Counted from the stretch's first letter, positions 50,116-61,838 are shown. The stretch: 64,000 nt of DNA from Coleofasciculus chthonoplastes F2-STO-03 (GCA_040222015.1 JAVJWO010000085.1:12775-76774); one strand, 5' to 3'. A program made the numbers and translations. Notes: generated by a model from the sequence alone, not told the origin.

Positions 50116-53004
50116 GTGAGACAGGAGCAACTGTTCAGTGGAATCGCGATCGCGACGGCCGTCTCCCTATCGATAACACAACCCGTCTGGGCGGTGACGG
50201 CTCAAGTTACCGCCGTTAGGCTCAATCCCAGAGGCAGTAGTTTAGAACTGATTCTGGAAACCCAAGCTGGGGATCAGCGCCCCCAAGTTTTCCCGGTGAA
50301 CCGGGGTAAAGATTGGGTGGCGGATATTGTCAATGCTCGGTTGAACTTAAGGGAAGGCAATAGCTTTCGTCAAGACAACCCCATGCCCGGTATTACCGCT
50401 GTTACGGTGAGTCAAATCGAACCCAACAGCATTCGGGTAACTGTGAGTGGGGCAGAAAATCCACCGGAAGGTCAAATTCTTCAGCAAGCGTCTCAGGCAA
50501 TTACTCTAGGAATTAGTCCTGCTCCCAGCAATCAAGCCGCCGTTTCGATTCCGATTTCCTCGCCCTCTGGGGAGTCAGCGTCAATTACTCCACCAACACT
50601 ACCCTCCTCTACTGCATCAAATAGCGCTAGGAGTAGAGAAAATGTCAGTATTCCCCAACTGGGAAGCAGTAGTGCAGGGACGCGAACAGAGGCGAGTAAC
50701 GCGGCTTTGAACCCGATTGCCGCTCAACCTGAGATTACCACTCCAGCTAATTTCAATCTTAATCCAGCAGTAGAAAATCAACAGAACATTTCCATTCCCG
50801 TTACTCCGCCACCAAGAGAATCAGGATCAACCGTTGCCACTCTACCCAATCTCGGAACCACTCGCTCTACCTCAGACTTTTCATCTCCCGCCACTCCCCG
50901 ATCCCAATCCCAGCGTTCTAATTCACCCCCAGTCGTTGCCCAAACCCCGACACCGGACTCTCCTGAACCCACTCAAGCTCAACCCACTCCAGTAGTTCCA
51001 GCACCTTCACCTGATGTATTAGTTCCCAATCCGACAATTACCATTGATGGGGTTCCGGCTGCACCTGCGGGTACGGTACAACCGGTTTCTCCTGCCCCCC
51101 CCTTCTTACCCAGGGCTGTTGCGCCACCTGTGGGGGATATTGCGGTGTCTAATCTGAATGCCGCTGCCAGCGAGATTGACCTGGGAACAGCGGCTGTAGT
51201 ACCTCGTTTATCCTTACGAGAAGCCCCTGTGCGAGAAGTCTTGGCACTCTTGGCGCGATCGGCTGGATTGAACCTTGCCTTTGCTGGAGGAGCCGGTGGT
51301 GAGGCAGAAGCGGCGGCTCAGGAGACAATTTCCCTGGATTTGGAGAATGAACCCGTTCAAGATGTGTTTAACTACGTTCTTCAGCTTTCTGGACTCCAGG
51401 CAAACCGTCGGGGACGTACAATATTTGTCGGTGCTCGACTACCCCAAGCGGCACGTAATGTTATTAGTCGCACGTTACGGTTAAATCAAGTTAGTGTTTC
51501 CAGCGCTTCTGCGTTTCTGGCAACCCAAGGGGCAGAGGTACAACAGGTGGTTACCCCGATTGAACGAGAATTCAATCAAGAAACAGGAGCTGTGATTCGG
51601 GAAACCGAACAGCCTGCCGAGTTGAGACCCCTCACCGTCAATCAGCCAGGGGAAGCAACGGGCGCCTTGTTGCTGAGGGGATTATCGGTTTCTACCGATG
51701 ATCGATTGAATGCAATTACCCTGGTGGGCGAACCGCGCCAAATTGAACTGGCTTCGGCTTTCCTGACGCAGTTAGATCTGCGACGTCGTCAGGTGGCAAT
51801 TAATGTCAAGATTGTTGATGTTAACTTATTGGGAACGGATGCCTTTAATACCAGCTTTTCCTTTGGCGTTGATGACGGCTTTTTTGTTGTCGATGATGGT
51901 GCGGCTGTCTTCAACTATGGTGATTTTAATCCACCTACAGCAGCTCAGACAACGGGTGGTTTAGCCGCTCGACCGGTTATTCCCAATCCGTTTGCTGGTG
52001 CGACTACTTTCTTTGATCCAACTGGAACCGGAACACCTGTTCCTGGAACGGCTGTAGATACGATAAGAATTTTTAACGACCCTGTTAGAGGTATTTTCAC
52101 GATTGACCGTACTCAAGGTAGAGATGCAGCGGCATTTCCCACTCGCGCCGGAGTTTCAGCTGATCCATTTTCGGCAGGTCTCACAGAATTTACATTGGGA
52201 ACACCTTCTATTGTAACAACAACGGTTACTCCAGGAACTCCTGGCACAGTTCAGGATGGTGTTTTTATCCCAGGAACTCCTGAGATGACAACCACTTCAT
52301 TTCAGCAAGGTACACCGGGAACAATTACAGCGGCTCTCCCAGAGCTGTTCCAGTTTCCTAAAAGATTCTTAGCCTCGTTACAAGCTCAAATTACCAGTGG
52401 AAATGCCAAGATTTTGACCGATCCCACCCTGTTAATCCAAGAAGGACAGACAGCAGGTGTTAACCTGACACAGGAGGTTGTGGGAAATATTCGGAGGGAG
52501 ACAGAAAGCAGCGACAACTTAACGACGGTGACTGTCACCACAGAAATTAAAGAAGCCGGTTTACAACTGGGCGTCACTGTTGATCGTATCGATGATAATG
52601 GGTTTGTTACCCTAAATGTAAATCCGAGAGTTACCTCTATCGGCAGTGTACAAAACATCACAATTGGAGACGATACGAACCAAATCGCATTGCTAAATGT
52701 GCGTGATCTGAATTCGGGTCAAATTCGCCTCCGCGATGGACAAACCTTGATTCTGACAGGCATTATTCAAGAGAGCGATCGCACAACGGTAAGAAAGGTG
52801 CCAATTTTAGGCGATTTACCGATTCTGGGAGCGTTGTTCAGAAGTACAGAACGGACAAACCAACGTCAAGAGGTAATTGTACTGCTAACCCCTCAGATTT
52901 TGGATGACTCAGAACGTGGCGCTTTTGGCTACAATTACACGCCAGGGCGAGAGGCGCAGGAAGTTTTACAGCGCCGAGGGTTTCCCACGCAGGGAGGTTT
53001 TTAG
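50116..53004 (+). CDS. pilQ: Type IV pilus secretin PilQ (AMIN + secretin)
   Basis: AMIN domain; LREAPVREVL; KVPILGDLPILGALFR secretin signature. Confidence 0.93.
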   Translation: MRQEQLFSGIAIATAVSLSITQPVWAVTAQVTAVRLNPRGSSLELILETQAGDQRPQVFPVNRGKDWVADIVNARLNLREGNSFRQDNPMPGITAVTVSQIEPNSIRVTVSGAENPPEGQILQQASQAITLGISPAPSNQAAVSIPISSPSGESASITPPTLPSSTASNSARSRENVSIPQLGSSSAGTRTEASNAALNPIAAQPEITTPANFNLNPAVENQQNISIPVTPPPRESGSTVATLPNLGTTRSTSDFSSPATPRSQSQRSNSPPVVAQTPTPDSPEPTQAQPTPVVPAPSPDVLVPNPTITIDGVPAAPAGTVQPVSPAPPFLPRAVAPPVGDIAVSNLNAAASEIDLGTAAVVPRLSLREAPVREVLALLARSAGLNLAFAGGAGGEAEAAAQETISLDLENEPVQDVFNYVLQLSGLQANRRGRTIFVGARLPQAARNVISRTLRLNQVSVSSASAFLATQGAEVQQVVTPIEREFNQETGAVIRETEQPAELRPLTVNQPGEATGALLLRGLSVSTDDRLNAITLVGEPRQIELASAFLTQLDLRRRQVAINVKIVDVNLLGTDAFNTSFSFGVDDGFFVVDDGAAVFNYGDFNPPTAAQTTGGLAARPVIPNPFAGATTFFDPTGTGTPVPGTAVDTIRIFNDPVRGIFTIDRTQGRDAAAFPTRAGVSADPFSAGLTEFTLGTPSIVTTTVTPGTPGTVQDGVFIPGTPEMTTTSFQQGTPGTITAALPELFQFPKRFLASLQAQITSGNAKILTDPTLLIQEGQTAGVNLTQEVVGNIRRETESSDNLTTVTVTTEIKEAGLQLGVTVDRIDDNGFVTLNVNPRVTSIGSVQNITIGDDTNQIALLNVRDLNSGQIRLRDGQTLILTGIIQESDRTTVRKVPILGDLPILGALFRSTERTNQRQEVIVLLTPQILDDSERGAFGYNYTPGREAQEVLQRRGFPTQGGF

Positions 53005-53059
53005 ACATCGGTATAGTCGGTATTTATAGTTAAAAATCCCGAAATCCACATAATTTAAC

Positions 53060-54568
53060 AAACCTCGCGGAATTCCCCACCCGTCTAAACGGTGGGGATG
53101 GATAGGGAACATTCAAAAAAATGTTGCTTGACTGTCCTTTTCTGGGTATAATTTCAGATGATAAAAACCAGAAAAGGACGAGGTAAAAATTGGCAGTGAG
53201 ACGGTGTAAATTTAGATTGTATCCAAACAAGCAGCAATTGACAAAGTTATTTGCTGCCCGTCGTCTTCATGCCTACTTATACAACGCCTGCGTTGCCCAC
53301 CGTCGTTATGAATGGAAGGCAAATAAACACAGTATAACCTATTTTGAGCAACAGAATTGTTTGCCAGAATTCAAGAAATTCTGGGAGGAATATGCTCGGC
53401 TTAATTCTCTAAGTTTGCAGGCAACAGTAAAACGGGTTGACCTAGCCTATAAAGGCTTTTTCCATGGGTTAAGAAAGCCGCCGAAATTCAAGTCAATTTG
53501 TAAATATTCCGGCTGGACTTATCCATCTTCACCCAAGAAATCAGGATGGAGAGTGGAAGGTAAAGGGGAACATGGGCGGCTGACTCTCAAAGACCTGGGG
53601 ATCACCTTGCGGATGAGGGGAAAAGTCAAGCAGTGGGGAGAACCGACAACGCTCACCATTGTCCATAAGCCAGGAGTGAATCAGTGGTTTGCCTCAATTA
53701 CGGTTGAGCTAGAAGACGCGCCACCGAAGTTCGGATCGCAATCTGATTTGAGCTATGAGTCGGTGGTAGCCTTCGACTTGGGAACCGAGACGGCAATCAC
53801 CACCTATAACGGGCAAGAATTTGAGGAGATAACCAACCCTCGGTTCACCCAAGTCCTGGAACCCAAGATTAAGAAAGCATCCAAGGAGCTAAGAAGGAAA
53901 CGCGCTCCCAACCGGAAGAAACGAATCAAGGCATCGAATCGGTGGAAGAAGCATCGCCGGAAAGTATCAAAGCTGCAACGGAAAGCCGGAAATCAACGGA
54001 AAGACTGGCAGCATAAAATCACGTCAGATCTAGCAAGTCGTTATGACATCGGCGTGAGCGAGAAGTTGAATACGAAGGCGATGACACAAAAGGCGAAAAA
54101 AGGGGGTAAAGGGAAGAAACAAAAAGCCGGACTAAACAAATCCATTTTGTCAGTAGGGTTTGGCAATCTGAACAAGTTGCTGACCTATAAGATAGAAGGG
54201 AAGGGGGGCTTAATGTTAATCCTAGATACCCGAAAACTGAAGCCATCACAGCGCTGTCCTCAATGCCACACAGTCCATAAAGAGTGGGCAGAGTTATCAA
54301 ACCGATACCATGTTTGTGACAAGTGTGGATTTGAGATTGAGCGGGATAGAGGCAGCGTATTGCTAATGTATAACGTTGCGACGAATAAGCAACCGGAGTT
54401 AGGAACTAGCTCCGTCAGTCTTGGATGCTCTGGCTCTACTTCATCACCCAAAGTTCCATTGAATTGCGGAGGGATGAAGCAACTGGGGCAGATGAAGAGA
54501 CGAAGATCCCAAGCTAAGGAGAAAGGGGAATTGAAACCGCAATTTCCTAAGAGTTGGGGTTAGTTCAT
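53060..54568 (+). mobile_element. IS200/IS605-family element carrying only tnpB
   Basis: Left-end hairpin TCCCCACC/GGTGGGGA 53074-53098; right end GGTTAGTTCAT at 54568; no tnpA. Confidence 0.75.
53190..54563 (+). CDS. tnpB: RNA-guided endonuclease TnpB
   Basis: KFRLYPN HTH; RuvC residues D (FDLG), E (SEKL), D (ERD); CPQC/CDKC zinc finger. Confidence 0.9.
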   Translation: MAVRRCKFRLYPNKQQLTKLFAARRLHAYLYNACVAHRRYEWKANKHSITYFEQQNCLPEFKKFWEEYARLNSLSLQATVKRVDLAYKGFFHGLRKPPKFKSICKYSGWTYPSSPKKSGWRVEGKGEHGRLTLKDLGITLRMRGKVKQWGEPTTLTIVHKPGVNQWFASITVELEDAPPKFGSQSDLSYESVVAFDLGTETAITTYNGQEFEEITNPRFTQVLEPKIKKASKELRRKRAPNRKKRIKASNRWKKHRRKVSKLQRKAGNQRKDWQHKITSDLASRYDIGVSEKLNTKAMTQKAKKGGKGKKQKAGLNKSILSVGFGNLNKLLTYKIEGKGGLMLILDTRKLKPSQRCPQCHTVHKEWAELSNRYHVCDKCGFEIERDRGSVLLMYNVATNKQPELGTSSVSLGCSGSTSSPKVPLNCGGMKQLGQMKRRRSQAKEKGELKPQFPKSWG

Positions 54569-54751
54569 AGGTTTCCACGTTCCATATCGGGCAATCAGCC
54601 ATTAGAATAATGCAGTGAAACTTTGAGCCGATGGGTGTTTCGGGCATTTTTCCCTGAAACCCCTGGTTCTGGGGGTCAAATAGTGAACTCTAGACTAATG
54701 GGTTAGAGTAAGCGTTGACCTAAGATTCACGCAGAAATAAGGAGATTTATA

Positions 54752-55033
54752 ATGAACAAGGGCGAATTAGTGGATAAGGTAGCGGAAAAGGCTGCTGTGA
54801 CCAAAAAACAAGCGGATGCGGTGTTAACTGCGGCATTGGAATCAATTATGGAAGCTGTCTCTGAGGGCGATAAAGTCACCTTGGTTGGCTTCGGTTCCTT
54901 TGAATCGCGGGAACGCAAAGCCCGTGAGGGACGCAACCCTAAAACTGGCGATAAGATGGAAATCCCGGCGACGAAGGTGCCGGCGTTTTCTGCGGGCAAG
55001 CTGTTTAAGGAACAAGTTGCCCCTCCCAAGTAA
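54752..55033 (+). CDS. hup: Histone-like DNA-binding protein HU
   Basis: MNKGELVD, VTLVGFGSF, REGRNPKTG, VPAFSAGK; SD AAGGAG. Confidence 0.97.
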   Translation: MNKGELVDKVAEKAAVTKKQADAVLTAALESIMEAVSEGDKVTLVGFGSFESRERKAREGRNPKTGDKMEIPATKVPAFSAGKLFKEQVAPPK

Positions 55034-55129
55034 GGGTTGTTTAGTTAAACCTGATTGGTGAAGATAACAGAGAATGTAGAGACGCGCCATGGCGCGTCTC
55101 TACAGGCTGATTTTGAGGAGATGTGATCC

Positions 55130-56284
55130 TTGAAACGACCTATTCACGGGGGAAATCTAGCCTGGGCAGCGGCGCAGGTAGGTTGTTCCCCTTCCCTGAT
55201 TCTGGATTTTTCGGCGAGTATCAATCCTTTGGGACCGCCAAAATGTGCGATCGCGGCGATTGAGTCTCATCTGGATGACTTGGTTGCTTACCCTGCACCG
55301 GATTACTACCCGTTACGAGTAGCTCTGAGTCAACTCCATCCTACGCTGAACCCTGACTGGATTCTACCGGGGAATGGCTCGGCTGAGTTGTTAACCTGGG
55401 CAGCTAGGGAACTCTCAGAACTTGAGGAAACGATTATTTTGACTCCAGCCTTTAGCGACTACCAACGGGCGCTGAGGGCGTTTAATGCCAGAATCAGGGG
55501 GTGTTTTTTATTTGGGGGAGATGGGGGAGATGGGGAAGATGGGGGAGTTGTCTCAACATTCAGTCAGGGCGGGTTTTGCCCAAAGGTTATGATCAATAGC
55601 CACAACAAAATCCCTAAACCCGCCCCTACATTAGGGCTTGTCTCTGGCAAACGTCAGGGTTTGCTGCTGAATAATCCCCATAATCCGACGGGTCAATTAT
55701 GGGATACAGCTAGCCTGCTGCCTTTTTTGCAGCAATTTGCTTTGGTGGTTGTGGATGAAGCCTTTATGGACTTTTTGCCACCGGATCAGCAGCAAAGCTT
55801 GATTCGGTGGGTGCAGGATTATCCGAATCTGGTCATTTTGCGATCGCTGACTAAATTTTACAGCCTCCCTGGACTCCGTTTAGGTTACGCTATCGCTCAT
55901 CCTGAACGGCTACAACGCTGGCAACAGTGGCGTGATCCTTGGTCTGTAAACGTCCTGGCTGTGGCGGCTGCTATTGCTGTGGTGCAGGATCAGGCATTTC
56001 AATACCAAACTTGGGACTGGCTTCCCGCCGCGCGATCGCATCTGTTTCAAGGGTTATCATCGTTACCAGGGTTACATCCCTATCCCAGCGCGGCTAACTT
56101 TTTGCTGGTACACTCAGAACACTCCTGTTCCCAACTACAGGAACACCTACTCAAGCACCATTGTATTTTAATTCGGGATTGCTTGAGTTTTCCGGAATTA
56201 GGCGATCGCTATTTTCGAGTCGCTATTCGGACTCAAGCAGATAATCAATGTTTATTAGATGCTTTGAAAGATGTTATAAGTTAG
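55130..56284 (+). CDS. cobD: Threonine-phosphate decarboxylase CobD
   Basis: HGGN, DFSASINPLG, NPHNPTG, DEAFMDF, RSLTKFYSLPGLRLGY. Confidence 0.92.
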   Translation: MKRPIHGGNLAWAAAQVGCSPSLILDFSASINPLGPPKCAIAAIESHLDDLVAYPAPDYYPLRVALSQLHPTLNPDWILPGNGSAELLTWAARELSELEETIILTPAFSDYQRALRAFNARIRGCFLFGGDGGDGEDGGVVSTFSQGGFCPKVMINSHNKIPKPAPTLGLVSGKRQGLLLNNPHNPTGQLWDTASLLPFLQQFALVVVDEAFMDFLPPDQQQSLIRWVQDYPNLVILRSLTKFYSLPGLRLGYAIAHPERLQRWQQWRDPWSVNVLAVAAAIAVVQDQAFQYQTWDWLPAARSHLFQGLSSLPGLHPYPSAANFLLVHSEHSCSQLQEHLLKHHCILIRDCLSFPELGDRYFRVAIRTQADNQCLLDALKDVIS

Positions 56285-56416
56285 AAATTCTGAATCAGAA
56301 TTATTTTTTTTAACGCAGAGGAACGCAGAGGTTAACGCAGAGGAACGCAGAGGAATTGGGAGTATTGGCGTGAAAAGTTTATAGAATTGGAGAGACAAGC
56401 GGAAATAATATGACAA

Positions 56417-58087
56417 ATGACAAATGATTATGACCTTATTGTAATTGGTAATAGCAGGGCTGGCGCTTATGCTGCCTTGGCTGCGACTCAATTAAAGGCT
56501 CGTGTTGCCTTGATTGAACCTGAGAATCTCCAGAGCAACGGGTTGGGTCAAGATGTGCTGTACAATAAGGCATTGATGCAGGTAGGGCGAGTTCTTCAGC
56601 AAGTACGGAAAGCGCCTCACTTTGGGGTTAATTCTGCTATAAATCCCTCGATTGCTGATAATCCTGGATTACAAAAACAGTTGATAAAAAAATCAGAGGA
56701 AGCCGGGGAAGAAGGTAGAGACATGCCAGGGTTCGTCTTGGAGTCATTCCCCCATTTTGCTACTGTACACATTACTGAAGCAATGGAATGGGCGGATATG
56801 TTGGTTTCTACTTGTTCTGAAGCCACTTCTCCAGCAATTTTGGCATCCTTTGGTGTGCATGTCATTTCTGGGGGCGGAGAATTTTGCCTTTTACCTCACT
56901 TGGGCTTTGTTGTCAATAATCGACGCTTACGGGCAAGGGCATATTTAATTGCAACGGGTTCTTGTCCAGAAATTCCTGATATCGATGGGTTAGAGACAAT
57001 CCGTTACTTTACCCCAAGAGATATCTGGAAACAGGTAGACAAGTATAGAAGCAAAGTTATCAGGACAGATTTTACTGATACCGTTCCTCAAGAAACCGAT
57101 AAGGTAACGAAACCGACGCCTCTAGGAAAACTGGAGAACTTAGAAGAAACCATTCCATTTCAGTTACAGAAAAATTGGTTAGTTGTGGGTAGCACTCCCA
57201 ATGCTGTGGAACTCGCTCAAACATTAGCGCGGCTGGATTGTCAGGTTACACTGGCGGTGAGTGAGGCTTATATTTTTCCCCAAGAAGATTTAGAGGCGTC
57301 GCGTCTGGTGCAAGCCCAATTAGAAGCCGAAGGAATTCGGGTTTTGACTCAAAGTCCGGTGACTCAGGTAAGGTGGATTGAGGGACAAAAATGGGTGCAA
57401 GTGGGAAATTGGGCAATTGAAACCGATGAAATTTTGTTGGCGACGGGTCAAACTCCTAATATTGAATCGTTAAATTTAGCTGGAGTTGGGGTCAAGTTTT
57501 CCCGAAAGGGGTTGAAACTCAACCAAAAACTGCAAACCACGAATCCGCGTATCTATGGTTGTGGTGATGTGATTGGCGGTTATCAATTTGAGCATATTGC
57601 CGAATATGAAGCCAGTATTGCGATCAAAAATGCTTTATTTTTTCCCTTATGGACTGTAGACTATCAGGGAATTCCTTGGGCAATTTTTACTGATCCAACC
57701 TTAGCACGGGTGGGGTTAACAGAAGCGCAAGCCAGACGCCGTTATGGGAAAGAAGTGTGGGTGGTGCGACAGTATTTTAAAACCTTGGATAAGGCGCAGA
57801 TTCTAGGGGAAACGACGGGATTTTGCAAACTGGTACTGCGTCGGAATGGTTCGATTTTAGGTGGATTAATCGTGGGAGCCAATGCTGATGAATTGATTGG
57901 TGCGATCGCGCTACTAATTCGCCATAAGATTAAAGTGGGTTCACTGGCTAAAATGCCGCAAGCTTCGCCTACAATGTCAGAGATTCTTTATCAAACGGCG
58001 CAGGAGTGGCAACGTCAACGGTTAGAGGGTAATAAGATGTTACAAAATCTGCTGGAAAGCTTTTTTAACTGGCGACGGAAGTGGTGA
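56417..58087 (+). CDS. FAD-dependent pyridine nucleotide-disulfide oxidoreductase family protein (degenerate)
   Basis: YDLIVIG, IATGS, IYGCGD, FTDP.LARVGLTE dimerisation domain; lacks CxxxxC. Confidence 0.82.
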   Translation: MTNDYDLIVIGNSRAGAYAALAATQLKARVALIEPENLQSNGLGQDVLYNKALMQVGRVLQQVRKAPHFGVNSAINPSIADNPGLQKQLIKKSEEAGEEGRDMPGFVLESFPHFATVHITEAMEWADMLVSTCSEATSPAILASFGVHVISGGGEFCLLPHLGFVVNNRRLRARAYLIATGSCPEIPDIDGLETIRYFTPRDIWKQVDKYRSKVIRTDFTDTVPQETDKVTKPTPLGKLENLEETIPFQLQKNWLVVGSTPNAVELAQTLARLDCQVTLAVSEAYIFPQEDLEASRLVQAQLEAEGIRVLTQSPVTQVRWIEGQKWVQVGNWAIETDEILLATGQTPNIESLNLAGVGVKFSRKGLKLNQKLQTTNPRIYGCGDVIGGYQFEHIAEYEASIAIKNALFFPLWTVDYQGIPWAIFTDPTLARVGLTEAQARRRYGKEVWVVRQYFKTLDKAQILGETTGFCKLVLRRNGSILGGLIVGANADELIGAIALLIRHKIKVGSLAKMPQASPTMSEILYQTAQEWQRQRLEGNKMLQNLLESFFNWRRKW

Positions 58088-58207
58088 GTTGATACATAGG
58101 AATGTAAAGACGTTGCCTGTAACATCTCTAGCAACATCTCTACCAACATCTCTAGCAACATCTCTACCAACATCTCTACAATGGAGGGTTTTTAAGCTCT
58201 GCCTTAA

Positions 58208-59350
<1,143 letters not shown>

Positions 59351-59758
59351 TTAGCATAATGGGCGAGAAGCCTCACGGTCTAATCTTTGATTGACCGACC
59401 AGATGAATCGCCAGTTTATTATTGACAACTTGCTTTTTGTAAGCTACTATTAAGAATAAATTGTTTTTGTATTTGATTTACAAAAAAACCCAGCATCTCA
59501 GCTAAGGCGATTGAAATCGCAGCTACACAAACAAAGTCCGCCTGCGCGGACTGGGTTATATAGCACTACGCAGACACGTTAGGACATCAGTTAATCCCAG
59601 TAATGACCTGATAACAGGCAAAAGGGAAATACAAACGGGTATCCTGATATAACTACACTAACCCCAACCCAGGGCAATAATTTCAGTAAAAACGATATCT
59701 AAATTATAAATTCTGCACAAAACAAATTGGTTGACAAATGACTAATGACCAATGATCA

Positions 59759-60361
59759 ATGACAAACCCAGTTATTCTCGTTCACGGTATTTTCCGCACC
59801 TCATCAGTTTTCCGCAAACTTTCTCCCTATCTCAAAAAACAAGGTTTTTCCGTTTATACCCTTGACCTAAAACCAAATAACGCCACATTGGGTTTAGACC
59901 AAATGGCAGCCCAATTAGCTAATTTTATCAACCAAACATTCCCCCTCAACCAACCTATTGATTTAGTCGGTTTAAGTATGGGAGGACTCGTCACGCGCTA
60001 TTATGTGCAGCGATTAGGTGGAATTAACCGAGTGCAGCGTTACATTACCATTTCCGCCCCCCATCACGGCACCTGGTTAGCCTACCTATTGAACCGTCGC
60101 GCCTGCGTGCAAATGCGCCCAGGAAATTCTTTGCTAGAGGATTTAAACCGAGATGTCCAGATGTTAGAACGCCTCAATTTTACATCAATTTGGACACCAT
60201 GGGATTTTATTATTATTCCGGGTAATAGTTCACGAATGCCCGTGGGTCAAGATGTGAAAGTTCCCGTTTTTGCCCATGCTTGTATGGTGATTAATCCTCA
60301 CAGTATGCAAGCAGTAGCTTCGGCTTTATCCGAACCCTTTTATCAAATTCAGGCAAATTAG
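59759..60361 (+). CDS. Esterase/lipase (alpha/beta hydrolase)
   Basis: ILVHG oxyanion motif; GLSMGG nucleophile elbow; D and H of the triad. Confidence 0.88.
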   Translation: MTNPVILVHGIFRTSSVFRKLSPYLKKQGFSVYTLDLKPNNATLGLDQMAAQLANFINQTFPLNQPIDLVGLSMGGLVTRYYVQRLGGINRVQRYITISAPHHGTWLAYLLNRRACVQMRPGNSLLEDLNRDVQMLERLNFTSIWTPWDFIIIPGNSSRMPVGQDVKVPVFAHACMVINPHSMQAVASALSEPFYQIQAN

Positions 60362-60421
60362 GTTTGTAGTTCGTAGTCAGGGCTTTAGCTCTATTTTAAT
60401 GATAGGTGTCACCTCAAAACG

Positions 60422-60850
60422 TTACCGCTCGCCGATCGCCGCTAACTCGTGACTGCCGAAAATTGCCTCTGGATGAGCATAAAATTTAAACTCTATTAAA
60501 TTATAAAAGGGGTCTTGTAAGAAAAAGGTGCGATGTTCCGTCACATCACCCGGAAAGCGTCGCTTCGGTTGCTGATAGAATTGAAGCTGTTGATGTTGGG
60601 CGCGATCGCATAAGGCTTGCCAATCAGCTTCAGCGGTAAAAATCAAGCCAAAGTGACGCGGATAAATTCCCCGTTGTGGCGTTAAGGGTTCATCAGTGAG
60701 ATGGGCTACCAGTTGATGCCCATAGAGGTTTAAAATGACCGCTTGACGGGTTTCTCGCCCAATGTCACAGCCGAGTCCTCTGCCATAATAGTCTTTGGTT
60801 TTCTCAATATCGCTAACGGGAAATGCCAAATGGAACAGAATGGGATTCAT
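60422..60850 (-). CDS. VOC/glyoxalase family protein
   Basis: FHLAFPV, GHQLVAH, PRHFG, FLQDPFYNLIEFK. Confidence 0.88.
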   Translation of the reverse strand: MNPILFHLAFPVSDIEKTKDYYGRGLGCDIGRETRQAVILNLYGHQLVAHLTDEPLTPQRGIYPRHFGLIFTAEADWQALCDRAQHQQLQFYQQPKRRFPGDVTEHRTFFLQDPFYNLIEFKFYAHPEAIFGSHELAAIGER

Positions 60851-61067
60851 CGCTACTACTTGAAGTTTTGCCTAATCCTATAATCACCCTAAACGGTTAT
60901 TATTGATCGCATACCCAAAACTGTCGCCTACGATACATCCAGCAACGTCTTCTTAACCCTTAAGATACGCCATGGTGGGGTCAGGGCGGGTTTGGAACAA
61001 ACGTTATTATCAATAGCGCCAAATCCCTAAACCCGCCCCTACACACTTAAAACTCAACACTTAGTAA

Positions 61068-61838
61068 ATGCTTGCAACCTTCAATTCTCTCAACCCTTGG
61101 CTTATTGCTGTCCTCTTAAATACAGTATTATTAGCGATCGCCTGGGTGATCCCCAAGCAACTCCTCACCCGCGCTGGAGTTCTCCACGCTTGGGCGTTGG
61201 GAATTGTGATTTTGGGGACGTTGGGCTGGCAAGGGTATCTGATTGTTATGGTTTATTTCCTGGTCGGTTCAGCCGTTACCCGTATCGGTATGGCACAAAA
61301 AGAAGCGGCGGGGATCGCGGAAAAGCGTTCAGGCGCTAGAGGACCCGAAAATGTCTGGGGTTCCGCCCTAACCGGTACGCTTTGTGCGGTGGGTGTTCTT
61401 TTCCTGGATGAACCCGATCGCAGTTTTCTCCTACTGGGGTTCGTCGCCAGTTTTGCCACTAAGCTTTCTGATACTACCGCCAGTGAGGTGGGTAAAGCTT
61501 ACGGTAAGCGCACGTTTTTAATCACCACCTTACAACCTGTATCCCCCGGAACCGAAGGTGCAGTTAGCTTAGAAGGAACTCTGGCGGGGGCTGTCGCCTC
61601 GGCTGCGATCGCGGTTCTGGGTTGGGGCGTTGGTTTTATAGACTTGACAGGTGTCTATTTTTGTGTATTAGCTGCCTTTATTGCCACTAACCTAGAAAGT
61701 GTGATTGGTGCCACTTGGCAATCTCAGGTCGAATGGATGACCAACGAAGTCGTGAATTTTATCAATACGTTAATTGGTGCGATCGCAGCTATCCTGTTTG
61801 TCGTCATCTGGCACAGTATCATGGGATTAGCCGGATAG
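61068..61838 (+). CDS. DUF92/TIGR00297 membrane protein (VTE6-like)
   Basis: RGPENVWGS, SDTTASEVGKAYG, GTEGAVSLEGT. Confidence 0.9.
   Translation: MLATFNSLNPWLIAVLLNTVLLAIAWVIPKQLLTRAGVLHAWALGIVILGTLGWQGYLIVMVYFLVGSAVTRIGMAQKEAAGIAEKRSGARGPENVWGSALTGTLCAVGVLFLDEPDRSFLLLGFVASFATKLSDTTASEVGKAYGKRTFLITTLQPVSPGTEGAVSLEGTLAGAVASAAIAVLGWGVGFIDLTGVYFCVLAAFIATNLESVIGATWQSQVEWMTNEVVNFINTLIGAIAAILFVVIWHSIMGLAG

Noticed and set aside
58120..58180. Tandem CAACATCTCTA(G/C) repeats
   Set aside because: Simple 12-bp tandem expansion of a dispersed repeat end, with no spacers.
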